A stretch of DNA of 64,000 nt from SAR202 cluster bacterium (GTDB lineage: Bacteria > Chloroflexota > Dehalococcoidia > Lucifugimonadales > VGZY01): assembly GCA_016872355.1 (NCBI GenBank), contig VGZY01000004.1, forward strand, positions 15,688-79,687, given 5' to 3'. Position 1 is the first letter of the stretch. Each line of letters starts with the position of its first letter. Position numbers and translations under genes: made by a program. Positions 44,683 to 53,875 of the stretch are shown piece after piece. Below the pieces are notes generated by a model. That model worked only from the letters and a program-made list of their open reading frames with translations. It made no database searches and had not been told where the DNA came from.

Positions 44683-45627
44683 CTACTTCTTGGCCGCGGC
44701 GGCCGTCTTGAGGGTGCGCTTGAAGTCGTGCTTGCCTGCGCCGGTGATGCCCCACTCCTCGCAGACCTTGTTGATGGCCTTGCGGTTCTCAGCCGACATG
44801 GGGAGGACCGGCCGGCGCGGGTTGCCGCACTCGATGCCGGTGCGCTCGCTGATCATCGCCTTCATCGAGCCCATGTATCCGTACTTGAGGATGAGGTTGA
44901 ACAGGTCGTTGGCCTTACGCTGGGCGGCGACGCCGCGCTTCAGATCGCCGGCCTTCCAGGCGTTCCAGATCTCCATCCACAACTCCGGCGCGACGGACGG
45001 GGGGCCGTCCACGGTGCCGGACGCGCCCACGGTCAGCGCCGGGAAGAGGAGCATGCCGGAGCCGGTCAGGACCTTCAGCCCCATCTCCGAGAACCAGATC
45101 ATGTTGTTGAAGTTCAGGGCTGAGTGCTTGAGGCCGACCATCTGCGGGACCTTGTCCTGCAGCTTCTTCATGAGGTCGACGGTGATCTCGATCTGGGTGG
45201 CCTGAGGCAGGTTGTAGACCATGAGGGGCAGGTTGGTCGCCGCGCCGATCGCGCGGTAGTGCTCGACGACCGCATCGTCGCCCGGGCGGACGAAGAAAGG
45301 CGGTACAGCGCAGAGCGCCTCCACGCCGGCCTTGGCCGCGTTCTCGGCATTCTTGACTGCTCTGTCGGTCGTTATCGCCCCCACGTGCATGATGATGGTG
45401 GAGCGGCCCTTGTTCTGGTCCGCCGCAATCTTCGCGATGCGCGTGTTCTCCTCGTCCGTGAGCATCACGCTCTCGCCGGTGCCGCCTGCAGTCCAGAATC
45501 CGTGGATGCCGCAGCGGATGTTGTCCTCCAGCATCGCGCGGAACGCCTCTTCGTGGACCTCACCCTTCTCCGTCATGGGGGTGATGATCGCCGGATAAAT
45601 GCCTTCAAATGTGGGCTTGTTGGCCAT
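44683..45627 (-). CDS. DapA/N-acetylneuraminate-lyase-family lyase, paralogue 2 (intact)
   Basis: 314 aa. YPAIITPM, GGTGES, VYNLP, VGLKHSA. Confidence 0.85.
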   Translation of the reverse strand: MANKPTFEGIYPAIITPMTEKGEVHEEAFRAMLEDNIRCGIHGFWTAGGTGESVMLTDEENTRIAKIAADQNKGRSTIIMHVGAITTDRAVKNAENAAKAGVEALCAVPPFFVRPGDDAVVEHYRAIGAATNLPLMVYNLPQATQIEITVDLMKKLQDKVPQMVGLKHSALNFNNMIWFSEMGLKVLTGSGMLLFPALTVGASGTVDGPPSVAPELWMEIWNAWKAGDLKRGVAAQRKANDLFNLILKYGYMGSMKAMISERTGIECGNPRRPVLPMSAENRKAINKVCEEWGITGAGKHDFKRTLKTAAAAKK

Positions 45628-45701
45628 CGAGATATCTCCTGAATGTTGAACTATTTGTGTTCGATGGCCATTGTATCACGGAGGGGTAAGGGGCTCGCCC
45701 A

Positions 45702-47269
45702 CTACCGTTTCGAGGGGCCGGAGACTCTTGCGCGGCGTGTCGTCCACACGAACGTCAACACGAGCGCCATTGCCAGAGCGGCCAACGACGGCAGAGTTGC
45801 GGCCGGCACCGACGGCATCGGTGCGAATGTCGCCGTCGCCGTGAGCGGGCCGTCGATTACAAGGTTGCACGGGCCGGTCCCGCTGCCCGCGCACGCGCCC
45901 CCCATCCTACAAAACTGTAGCCTGGCGCAGGAGTGGCGACCAGCGTGACGGGTGTTGTCGTTGCATATTCCTCGTAGCAGTCGCCCAGGCAGAATATCCC
46001 GTCCGGCGTGCTGATAACATCGCCGTAGCCGGTCCCCAGGACCTGAACGGTCAGGCTAAAAACTCGAGACCTCGCAGTCAGAATGCTCTGTACGCCGGGA
46101 ATCGAGGTCTGTACCGGCGGATTCATTGCGGGGCCAAGGGCCGGAACCAGGACTTGCTCAACCTCACGAATTGACGCTTCCGACGGCGCCAGAGCCAACC
46201 CGTAAAGAGTCGGCGTTAACGGCGAATCCGCGTAGTCGATGTTCGCGACGCCCGGCGCAACAGCTCCCTGCGACAGGCGAGCGACGGTTAGCGTGTGCGT
46301 AGGGACAAGGTAACTTCCTGGGCCGGTAGACTGGGATATCGGGCTGGAGGTGATCGACCGGGACCGCAGGACGTTCTCCATCCTGTCGGTGACGCTCACC
46401 AGCGCCGGGGCGGGCTTGGTTTGCGCCAGGCCGGACACACTCCTAGCGGCCAGTTGCTGCGTCAGAATTTCCAGGCTGCCGAGATGCGGGACTGCAGGCC
46501 GGCCGCTATAGCTTACACGCCTTGATACCGATTTCGTGAACGGATGGGCGGCCTGCTGGACAATCGCGGGACGGCCGTCGGCCTCTGTATGCAGGTATCG
46601 CTGCTTGGCCAGCTCGGCCACTGCGGGCTTGATTGGGAGGCCCCTTACGTTGAATGGGAGCAGCGCTCTGCCCTCTACCAGGGCCGCCGTCCGAGGCGTC
46701 ATGCTCTCACCCCGTACAACGTGGGGGACTATTGCCCGGGAGGGCGCTATGTCCGTGATGGCGGTCGCCATTGCGGCAGGGGTGGAAGATGCGACAACCG
46801 TGGAGGCAGGGGTAACGGCGGTCGACGCCGTTGTCGCGCCGGACGATGTCGGTACTGAGCCGCTTGGCTCGACCCTCACCGTATTGTAGTGAGGCCCCAC
46901 TGTGGCTATTGCCGGGGACACGGCGTTCGACTGAGTACCCGTGACGCTTGAGGCCGGAACAGAAGAGGTCCCAAGCCGCCCTACCGTATTCAGGACTCGC
47001 CCGGTCGTTGAACCGGCGGGCGATACATTTACGGAGGCCGCCCCTGTGCTCGACGATGGCGACGCGGACGATACATCGGGCGCAGGCATGGTGAACGCCG
47101 GCCCGCTGATAGGCCCGCTGATAGGGCTCAACACGGTCTTCCACGGGAGGTAGGATGCGAGCACAAGTCCCGCGCCGGAGACCAGCGCTATGAGGGAAAG
47201 CGCACCCGCCGCCGCTCGCGCGAAACGGGACGTTCGCACTCTTTTGTTACCGTCCGAGTATCTGTTCAT
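45702..47269 (-). pseudogene. Ser/Thr/Pro-rich membrane-anchored surface protein with InlB-B-repeat-like C-terminal domain; frameshift in a G6/C6 run (or phase-variable)
   Basis: The 470-aa ORF ends ..PAPGYSFVGWG + ARARAAGPARATL*. The next frame reads (M)GGACAGSGTGPCNLVIDGPLTATATF..LAALAMALVLTFVWTTRRAR, the expected continuation of the domain plus a hydrophobic helix and basic tail. The switch is at CCCCCC 45898-45903. Confidence 0.6.
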
Positions 47270-47341
47270 CGTTCCCCGGCCGCCCTTAATTCAAGCTATA
47301 GCCCAATTACAGAGCCTTCACGGAAGCGCTCAAATTAATGG

Positions 47342-49060
47342 CTAGAAAATCCAGGGCCAGGGTACGTCAATTCGCTGGATCTTGCTCTTGCCGGAGTTGC
47401 CCTGGGCCGAGACCGGTATCCAGATCTCCGTCTCCGAGACTCTCAGGAACCCGGTGGTATAGTTCCCCCCAGTGTCGAACGCGGTCTTGGAGTTCGTCTT
47501 TGTGTTGAAATAAACAATGGTTGGGACGTCTCTAGGCGTCCAGGCGATGGAGCTGATAACGTCTGAGGCGGTGATATCAAGAAGTTTGTATCCGCTGTAA
47601 CTGTACTCAAGGAGCTGGTTGGTGAGGGGGTCCAGGCGCATCAATCTGGTAGCACCATTACTCTCTCCCGGCAGGCCATAGTTCTGTTCACCCGTAGGGT
47701 GGCGCGTCCAAACTGACAGGAACCAGGGCCGCCCGTCGGAGTCAACCACCGCGATCTTTCTGTAATGGCCTTTGGCAACATCGATCTCATGCATTCCGTA
47801 CCCGTACAAATCCTCGTAGTAGCCGATCGGTTGCACCTTGATGTTCGGGTTGGTAGTGGGCGCCACGGTCCAGCGGGTAACCTTATTCGATGTGGTATCG
47901 AGGCTGGCAACGTGCAGTGTCGTGTCTCTCACGTGACCGGAGAACCAGACGGTTGTGCCGTTTACAACAATAACGGCCGCGTTCGCGGTGGTTGCATTGG
48001 GGACAGGCCACAGGGTCAGGTTATTGGTCCAGCGGTTCAGCCTCCCGATCTGAGAGTCCACCCCATCGATAGCGGAGGGCAAGGAGAACCAGATGTTCCC
48101 GTAGCTGTCGCGACCGTAGAACTTGATCAGGTGGGGCTCACCGGCGCAGCACATGGTAGTGGCAAGTGTCCACTCGGTAATGGCGTTCGTATCCGGGTTC
48201 AACCGGCCTACCTTTGCGCCGGCCAGCGTCACATACCAGGGGTTGCCCGAGCCGTCAACCCAGAAGAGATTCGCGTCACCGCCTGCTGTGGGGATCTGCC
48301 ATCGGGTGAAGGTGTCTTTCTCCGGGTCCAGGGCGCCGATTATGTTGAGAAAAGGCTCGGTGAAGTAGAGTTTCCCACCGAAGCCAATGGCCATTGAACC
48401 GCCGAGGGTGTCGTTGGTCGGCCATTCGACGAGGTTGTTTGTCGCCAGGTCAAGCTGCCCTATTCTGCCCCGGTCCACTGACGGGTCCGATATAATTATG
48501 GACTCCGCGAAACACAGCTTCTGATTGGGCGCGTCCTTCACGAGGGCGTATGGGGTGTAGCTGAAGGAGTGAGGCAAGTTCCACTCAGTTGCGGTAGCGG
48601 AGCCTGCCAGGGCCTGGTAAGCGGGAAATGCGGAAAGGGCGACTGCCGAGACAACTGCAAGAGGCAGCAGGGCGTTGCGCCGCCGCGTTGCCAGAGCTAC
48701 CACCATCAGCGCGCCGCCAATGGCGACGATGACTGCAACCGGTAACGCAGGACCATCGGAGCTCTCCGGCAGGCCGAAGGAAATCGGCGCCATGCCCGTG
48801 CTACGGGACGCCGTGGTGACTGCAGGCTCGACATTGAGGTACACAGGGGGCGCCCCGGCATCGATGGGGCTGATTGAAACGTCGATGTGGGCGGCAGTCT
48901 CTGCCGGCTGACCGGAGGCTGCGCCTTGCTGCAGGGCGTCAGCGGGGACGGCGTTCGCCGTCCACGCAAACATGCCGGCCACTGCTATCGCAATCAACGC
49001 CACCGCCGCCCCCAGCCACCCCGCCACCCGCGTGCTCGCCGGGAACCTGACGTACCTCAT
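47342..49060 (-). CDS. Membrane-associated beta-propeller protein with Vgb/streptogramin-lyase-like repeats
   Basis: 572 aa with three N-terminal hydrophobic segments. Repeats include GKLYFTEPFLNIIGALDPEKDTFTRWQIP, GNPWYVTLAGAKVGRLNPDTNAITEWTL and GNIWFSL..QIGRLNRWTNNLTLWPVP. GC is lower than average. Confidence 0.6.
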   Translation of the reverse strand: MRYVRFPASTRVAGWLGAAVALIAIAVAGMFAWTANAVPADALQQGAASGQPAETAAHIDVSISPIDAGAPPVYLNVEPAVTTASRSTGMAPISFGLPESSDGPALPVAVIVAIGGALMVVALATRRRNALLPLAVVSAVALSAFPAYQALAGSATATEWNLPHSFSYTPYALVKDAPNQKLCFAESIIISDPSVDRGRIGQLDLATNNLVEWPTNDTLGGSMAIGFGGKLYFTEPFLNIIGALDPEKDTFTRWQIPTAGGDANLFWVDGSGNPWYVTLAGAKVGRLNPDTNAITEWTLATTMCCAGEPHLIKFYGRDSYGNIWFSLPSAIDGVDSQIGRLNRWTNNLTLWPVPNATTANAAVIVVNGTTVWFSGHVRDTTLHVASLDTTSNKVTRWTVAPTTNPNIKVQPIGYYEDLYGYGMHEIDVAKGHYRKIAVVDSDGRPWFLSVWTRHPTGEQNYGLPGESNGATRLMRLDPLTNQLLEYSYSGYKLLDITASDVISSIAWTPRDVPTIVYFNTKTNSKTAFDTGGNYTTGFLRVSETEIWIPVSAQGNSGKSKIQRIDVPWPWIF

Positions 49061-49097
49061 TTGTCGAACTCCTTCGGAATTTTATCCGCTTGACTAT

Positions 49098-49505
49098 CTA
49101 TTTCCTGGACCTGTGTGAGAATACGAGCAGCGTCAGCGACAGGCCGCCGATGCCTGCCAGAGATGCGCCCAATAGAAACATCGCCCACCGCGACCGGGCG
49201 GAGGCCGTCTCGTCCGACGGAGAAACGGTGGAGGAGACAGGGCGGATGCTGCTCTCTGCCTGGTCAGCGGTCGTCTCGAGCGGGGCCAGCGTGATTGTCT
49301 GGCCCTGGATCGTATTCTGCCCTACCGCAGGTTGCGGGCTGTTAGGCGGCGACTGCGCTGCTGCAGAGCCCGTCATGACGGCCGCGAATATCAAAGCCAA
49401 AAAGGGTGCTGCCAGATTTAGCCGGGCTCTAATGCGGCGAACTGATCGAGCACTCGTCTTTTTAAGGAAATGATTCGGCATGCGGGCTTGGGAAATCGTC
49501 ATCAC
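49098..49505 (-). CDS. Small secreted/anchored protein (signal peptide, Pro/Ser/Thr linker, C-terminal TM + basic tail)
   Basis: 135-aa ORF. ..LNLAAPFLALIFAAVMTGSAAAQ.. at the N-terminus and ..WAMFLLGASLAGIGGLSLTLLVFSHRSRK at the C-terminus. The start may be the MPNHF codon at 49481. Confidence 0.5.
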   Translation of the reverse strand: MMTISQARMPNHFLKKTSARSVRRIRARLNLAAPFLALIFAAVMTGSAAAQSPPNSPQPAVGQNTIQGQTITLAPLETTADQAESSIRPVSSTVSPSDETASARSRWAMFLLGASLAGIGGLSLTLLVFSHRSRK

Positions 49506-49591
49506 AACCGAGATTACGAGGTGTTGTTACCGAATTCGTCAATGCCTGTAGGTGCGCCATGCGCGATCTAGTGAGGGCCGGAGCGCCGTAG

Positions 49592-49783
49592 ATGAAGACG
49601 CCATACAAGATACTTGCGGTGGTGCTGGGCGCGGTTGTGATCTATTTCCTGACGCTCAACCTGTGCGACAGCCAGCGTACGATGCGCGCGTCGGCGTGCC
49701 TTGAGATGGGGCTGTGCGACTACGACCCGAATGCGCCCTGCTGGTCCATCTTCAAGCACAATTTCGACCGGGTGGCGGACTGA
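49592..49783 (+). CDS. Small membrane protein with four Cys (hypothetical)
   Basis: 63 aa with GGAG 8 nt upstream. One TM (ILAVVLGAVVIYFLTL), then C..C..C..C. Confidence 0.4.
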   Translation: MKTPYKILAVVLGAVVIYFLTLNLCDSQRTMRASACLEMGLCDYDPNAPCWSIFKHNFDRVAD

Positions 49784-49804
49784 GAAGTGTAGATCCGACC
49801 CGCC

Positions 49805-50272
49805 CTAGCCGAGGAGAACCCACGCGGCGGCAAGGATGATGGCGCCGATGGCGAAGGCCACGGCGAACTGCCTCTTGAGCGGGCTTCCGACGTGGGGAGG
49901 AAACTCCTCGGCGAACGAGAGGACTGCAAGGACGAGGACAATTGCCGGCACGGCGATAAGGAGCAGGACGCCGGCAACTACCCAGGCGCTCTCAGCGCCT
50001 TCCCCGCCGAACAGCAGCATATAGTGCGCCAGCATCGCGAAGAACATCCAGAGGGCGGCCAGGATTGAGGGCCACCCGGCAACGCGCCAAAGAAGGCCGG
50101 CGATAGCGAGCGCCGGGGCCGCAAAGAACAGGCCGGCAATCCACCCTTCCATGCTGCTTTCGCCCTTGAGCATCGGCAGCACGGCATCCCCGAGGATAAA
50201 CATGGCAGAGAAGAGTGCCAGGCCCGCGACCGTGGCGCGACGAGGGGCGGTGAAAACGGCCACGCGTTGCAT
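49805..50272 (-). CDS. Polytopic membrane protein downstream of the sigma factor (anti-sigma candidate, unproven)
   Basis: 155 aa with 4-5 hydrophobic helices, 80 nt downstream of the sigma gene on the same strand. Confidence 0.5.
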   Translation of the reverse strand: MQRVAVFTAPRRATVAGLALFSAMFILGDAVLPMLKGESSMEGWIAGLFFAAPALAIAGLLWRVAGWPSILAALWMFFAMLAHYMLLFGGEGAESAWVVAGVLLLIAVPAIVLVLAVLSFAEEFPPHVGSPLKRQFAVAFAIGAIILAAAWVLLG

Positions 50273-50352
50273 CCGGGCCTCTTTCTTGCGGGAGAAGTGC
50301 AGGCGAGACGGTCCATCGCACTATACTGCCGGAAGGCAGGCGGAGTCCAGCG

Positions 50353-51174
50353 TCACGCGGCAGCGGTGTCCAGGCTATCGGACCGCACCCCCGGGTGCGT
50401 ACTATGCGCCGGCGCATAGCCCAGCTCCGTCAGCCTTGCCCGCAGCATTTCCAGCGCCTTGCGCTGGAGGCGCGAGACGTGCACCTGCGACATGCCCATC
50501 CGCTCGGCGATCTCCGCCTGCGTCAGGCCGCGGTAGAACTTGAGACGGATGATGGTCTGCTCCCGCGGGCCAAGCGACTTGAGGGTGTTGGCGATGTCTA
50601 TGCGGTCGATAATTCCGTCGTGGACGGGATCTTCGACAGACAGAGGGGCTACAGAAGGCAGGTAGCCGGAATTTTCGAGGAGGGAGAGCACGTTTTCAAG
50701 CGGTACCACTGAGCCGGCCCCGTTTAGCTCCATGGCATCGTTTATGGCGTCTGTATCGAGCCCCGTCCACGCGGCCACCTCCGCCGCTGTCGGCAGGCGG
50801 CCGTGGGCCTGTGCGAGGTATTCGATCGCCTGCCCCACCATCTGCCTGTGCCGCTGCACGTCCCTGGGCACCCGAACGGAAAGGCCGTAGTCGCGCAAGT
50901 AGTTCTTTACCAGCCCCAGCACAACGGGCACGGCGAATGCGAGGAACTTCGTCCCGCGCCCCGGCTCGAAGCGGTCTATCGCATGTAGGAGGCCGATGGC
51001 GCCCACCTGAATAAGGTCTTCCATGGGCACGCCGGCGCGGCGGTACCGCTCGCACAGCCGCCGCACCAGCGGCATGTGCTGCAGCAGCAGGCGGTCCCTC
51101 TCCTCCGTGACCTCGGGAGAGGCAACAGGCCTTACCAGATCGATGTCGTCCCAGACTTCCAGCGCCAGCACCAT
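50353..51174 (-). CDS. Group-3 sigma-70 family factor (SigB/SigF/FliA-like)
   Basis: 273 aa. Region 2 (DLIQVGAIGLLHAIDRFEP..FLAFAVP), region 3, and region 4 HTH (LTQAEIAERMGMSQVHVSRLQRKAL). Confidence 0.85.
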   Translation of the reverse strand: MVLALEVWDDIDLVRPVASPEVTEERDRLLLQHMPLVRRLCERYRRAGVPMEDLIQVGAIGLLHAIDRFEPGRGTKFLAFAVPVVLGLVKNYLRDYGLSVRVPRDVQRHRQMVGQAIEYLAQAHGRLPTAAEVAAWTGLDTDAINDAMELNGAGSVVPLENVLSLLENSGYLPSVAPLSVEDPVHDGIIDRIDIANTLKSLGPREQTIIRLKFYRGLTQAEIAERMGMSQVHVSRLQRKALEMLRARLTELGYAPAHSTHPGVRSDSLDTAAA

Positions 51175-51256
51175 ACACTCACCTTGAACGGTCCCCTTAA
51201 TAGTTAAACGCCACGAGAAGCCCGAAACGTTACAAATTTTCCCCGGACACTCTTTG

Positions 51257-51285
51257 TTGACACCCGTTTCTCCCAGGTTTACACT
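51257..51285 (+). promoter_or_regulatory. Near-consensus sigma70 promoter for the Udh-like array
   Basis: TTGACA (51257-51262), 17-nt spacer, TACACT (51280-51285). AGGAG lies 7 nt before ATG 51315. Confidence 0.65.
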
Positions 51286-51314
51286 CGCACCCTAAATACA
51301 TCAGGAGTACCGAA

Positions 51315-52028
51315 ATGCGCGTGCTCGTAACCGGCGCGGCCGGTCGAATCGGCTCAACTGTCATAAATGGCCTCAAGCACAAGTACGAATTCCGCGGTCT
51401 GGACGTCGCTCCCATGCCCAATCTCAAGGACTCCATCGTCGGCAGCTCCAACGACTGGGCGACGGTCGAAAAGGCTATGCCGGGCGTGGATACGGTCATC
51501 CACCTGAGCAACAACGGCCCCGAGTGGGAGCAGGCGAAGCAGTCGATGATCGCTACGTACAACGTGTACGAGCTTGCCGCGCGCAATGGCGTAAAGCACA
51601 TCGCATTCGCCAGCCGCGCCGGCCTCCTCCCTCGCTCCTACTACCCCCGCACCATGACGCGCACCGCCGACCTGCTCCCCAGGCCGGATAGCTACTACTC
51701 GATCACGAAGTCTTTCGGCGAGGCAATGGGCGACATGTACTCCGCGAAGCACGGGATCAGCATCGTCTCCGTTCGCATCGGCAACTTCAGCCTGGAGCGG
51801 GACAAGCCTGCCGACCCTCACCACCTGAGCCATGGCGACTGCGTACGGCTGTGGGACGCCGCGATCAGCTACAACGGCGGCAAGCACGTCCGCGTCTTCG
51901 GCGTGTCCGACAGCAACTGGCCGGTCTATGACCTGGACCACGGCCGCAAGACGATCGGCTACTACCCGCAGGACAAGTCCATCGTGCCGAAGGAGCTCCA
52001 GGTGGACGACCCGCCGAAGAAGAAGTAG
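51315..52028 (+). CDS. Short NAD-dependent epimerase/dehydratase-family enzyme (uronate-dehydrogenase-like), paralogue 1
   Basis: 237 aa. VLVTGAAGRIGS, PDSYYSITK (YxxxK), VSVRIGN. Confidence 0.7.
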   Translation: MRVLVTGAAGRIGSTVINGLKHKYEFRGLDVAPMPNLKDSIVGSSNDWATVEKAMPGVDTVIHLSNNGPEWEQAKQSMIATYNVYELAARNGVKHIAFASRAGLLPRSYYPRTMTRTADLLPRPDSYYSITKSFGEAMGDMYSAKHGISIVSVRIGNFSLERDKPADPHHLSHGDCVRLWDAAISYNGGKHVRVFGVSDSNWPVYDLDHGRKTIGYYPQDKSIVPKELQVDDPPKKK

Positions 52029-52108
52029 GCGGCGCCGGTCGAGCATTCGCCTTCCGGCGGGAGATAGCGTCTCCGGCGCCGGCAGTAGCAAAAACCTGGG
52101 AGATTCCA

Positions 52109-52807
52109 ATGAAAGTCCTGATCACCGGGGCGGCGGGCAATATCGGCACCGCCCTCATAAAAGCGTTCGACAAGAGCAAGTACCAGATCCGCGGCCTGGA
52201 CATCCGGCCCATGCCCCTGCTGACCGACACGATCGTCGGCGACGTCACTGACTTCGCGACCGTGTCGCGCGCGACGAAAGACATGGACGCGGTGATTCAC
52301 CTTACGAACGTGGGCGGCGAATGGCAGCAGGCCCTGCAGTCGATCACCGGCACCTACAACGTCTTCGAGTCCGCGCACCAGAACGGCGTGAAGACAATCG
52401 CGTTCGCCAGCCGAGGCGGCCTGTTCCCCCAGGCCCGCATACCCCGCAAGGTCCAGCGCACGGCAGACCTGCTCTGGTTCCCGGACTCCTACTACACGAT
52501 CACCAAGGTTGTGGGCGAGGGCTTCGGCGATATGTACTCAGCGCGCTACGGGATGAACGTCGTCTCGGTGCGAATAGGCGGCTACGAGCCGTCCGGCAAT
52601 CCGCTGATCGACCCTCACCAGCTCAGCGAGCGAGACTGCGTGGCGGCGTTCGAGGCGGCGATCAACTACAAGGGCGGCAAGCACGAGCGCGTCTTTGGGG
52701 TGTCCGACAGCAACTGGCAGCTCTACGACGTGGAGCACGGCCGGAAGGCAATCGGCTATTACCCGAAGGACAAGTCGGTAGTCCCCGAAGAAAAAATCCA
52801 GCGGTAG
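52109..52807 (+). CDS. Uronate-dehydrogenase-like NAD enzyme, paralogue 2
   Basis: 232 aa. VLITGAAGNIGT, PDSYYTITK, VSVRIGG. Confidence 0.7.
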   Translation: MKVLITGAAGNIGTALIKAFDKSKYQIRGLDIRPMPLLTDTIVGDVTDFATVSRATKDMDAVIHLTNVGGEWQQALQSITGTYNVFESAHQNGVKTIAFASRGGLFPQARIPRKVQRTADLLWFPDSYYTITKVVGEGFGDMYSARYGMNVVSVRIGGYEPSGNPLIDPHQLSERDCVAAFEAAINYKGGKHERVFGVSDSNWQLYDVEHGRKAIGYYPKDKSVVPEEKIQR

Positions 52808-52817
52808 GAAGTTTTCA

Positions 52818-53519
52818 ATGCGAGTTCTCATTGCCGGCGCGGCCGGCACAATCGGCACCGTACTTACAAAAGGGCTGAAGGACCGGCACCACGTCCGCGG
52901 GCTGGACCTGCGGCCCATGCCCCTGCTGGAAGACACCGTAGTCGGCAGCATCACGGACTGGGACACTGTTTCGAAGGCCACGCAGGGGATGGACGCCGTC
53001 ATCCACCTTACGACCCTCGGCTACGAGTTCGAGCAGGCTATGGGGTCGATCACGGGCTCCTACAACGTGTTTGAGTCCGGGCGCCTGAACGGCGTGAAGG
53101 CGATTGCCTTCGCCAGCCGCGCGGGCCTTTTCCCCGGCAGCCGCATACCCAAGACCATCCAGCGCACCGCCGATACGCTCTGGTCGCCGGACTCCTTCTA
53201 CACTATCTCGAAGGTTGTGGGAGAGGGCTTCGGCGACATGTACGCCTCGCGCTACGGCATCAGCGTGGACTCCGTCCGCATCGGCGGCATCGACCCCGTG
53301 GAGCCGGAGACGCCCAACCATCCGCATCGCCTGACGCACGGCGATTGCGTCCGCGTCTTTGAGGCGGCGATCAACCACCGCAAGGGTACACACGAGCGAT
53401 CCTTCGGCGTGTCGGACGGCGGGAACTGGCAGCTTTACGACATGGAGCATGGGCGGAAGGCCATCGGGTACCATCCTCAGTCTGTGGCGGTTGTCCCGCC
53501 GGACAAGATCGGGAAGTAG
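52818..53519 (+). CDS. Uronate-dehydrogenase-like NAD enzyme, paralogue 3
   Basis: 233 aa. VLIAGAAGTIGT, PDSFYTISK, DSVRIGG. Confidence 0.7.
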   Translation: MRVLIAGAAGTIGTVLTKGLKDRHHVRGLDLRPMPLLEDTVVGSITDWDTVSKATQGMDAVIHLTTLGYEFEQAMGSITGSYNVFESGRLNGVKAIAFASRAGLFPGSRIPKTIQRTADTLWSPDSFYTISKVVGEGFGDMYASRYGISVDSVRIGGIDPVEPETPNHPHRLTHGDCVRVFEAAINHRKGTHERSFGVSDGGNWQLYDMEHGRKAIGYHPQSVAVVPPDKIGK

Positions 53520-53624
53520 GGTTCCGGTCGCTTCGGGCGCGTTGAGAGCCAGGCGTCCTCTTCGTTGCGGCCGGTGCCCGGCCTCTTCCCCGCTTGACTT
53601 GCTGCGTGTGCTAAAATACGCTTA

Positions 53625-53860
53625 TCGAAATCTTAATCGGTATCGGCGACGACGGAGACGAGTAGCGGGAAGCGGCCGCACAGCGAGTCTGGCGGCCCGA
53701 TGCAGATCGGGCCAAGGTGTGAGCAGACGCGACGCGCCCCGGCGAATATCACTCCCGAGCCGAGCTTAACGAAGGTGTCCTGAGGCCCGCCGCTCAGGAA
53801 ACTAGGGTGGTACCGCGGGTAGATCATGCCCGTCCCTTGCGCAGGGACGGGCATTTTTGT
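53625..53860 (+). promoter_or_regulatory. T-box riboswitch leader, Ile specifier (AUC)
   Basis: Canonical T-box sequence AGGGTGGTACCGCG (53803-53816). Specifier-loop-like GAATATCA with ATC at 53748-53750 followed by a purine. Terminator ATGCCCGTCCC-TTGCGCA-GGGACGGGCAT + TTTTT (53826-53858), directly upstream of ileS. TGcTAAAAT extended -10-like box at 53609-53617. Confidence 0.85.
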
Positions 53861-53875
53861 TTGAGGTGGTCTCAT

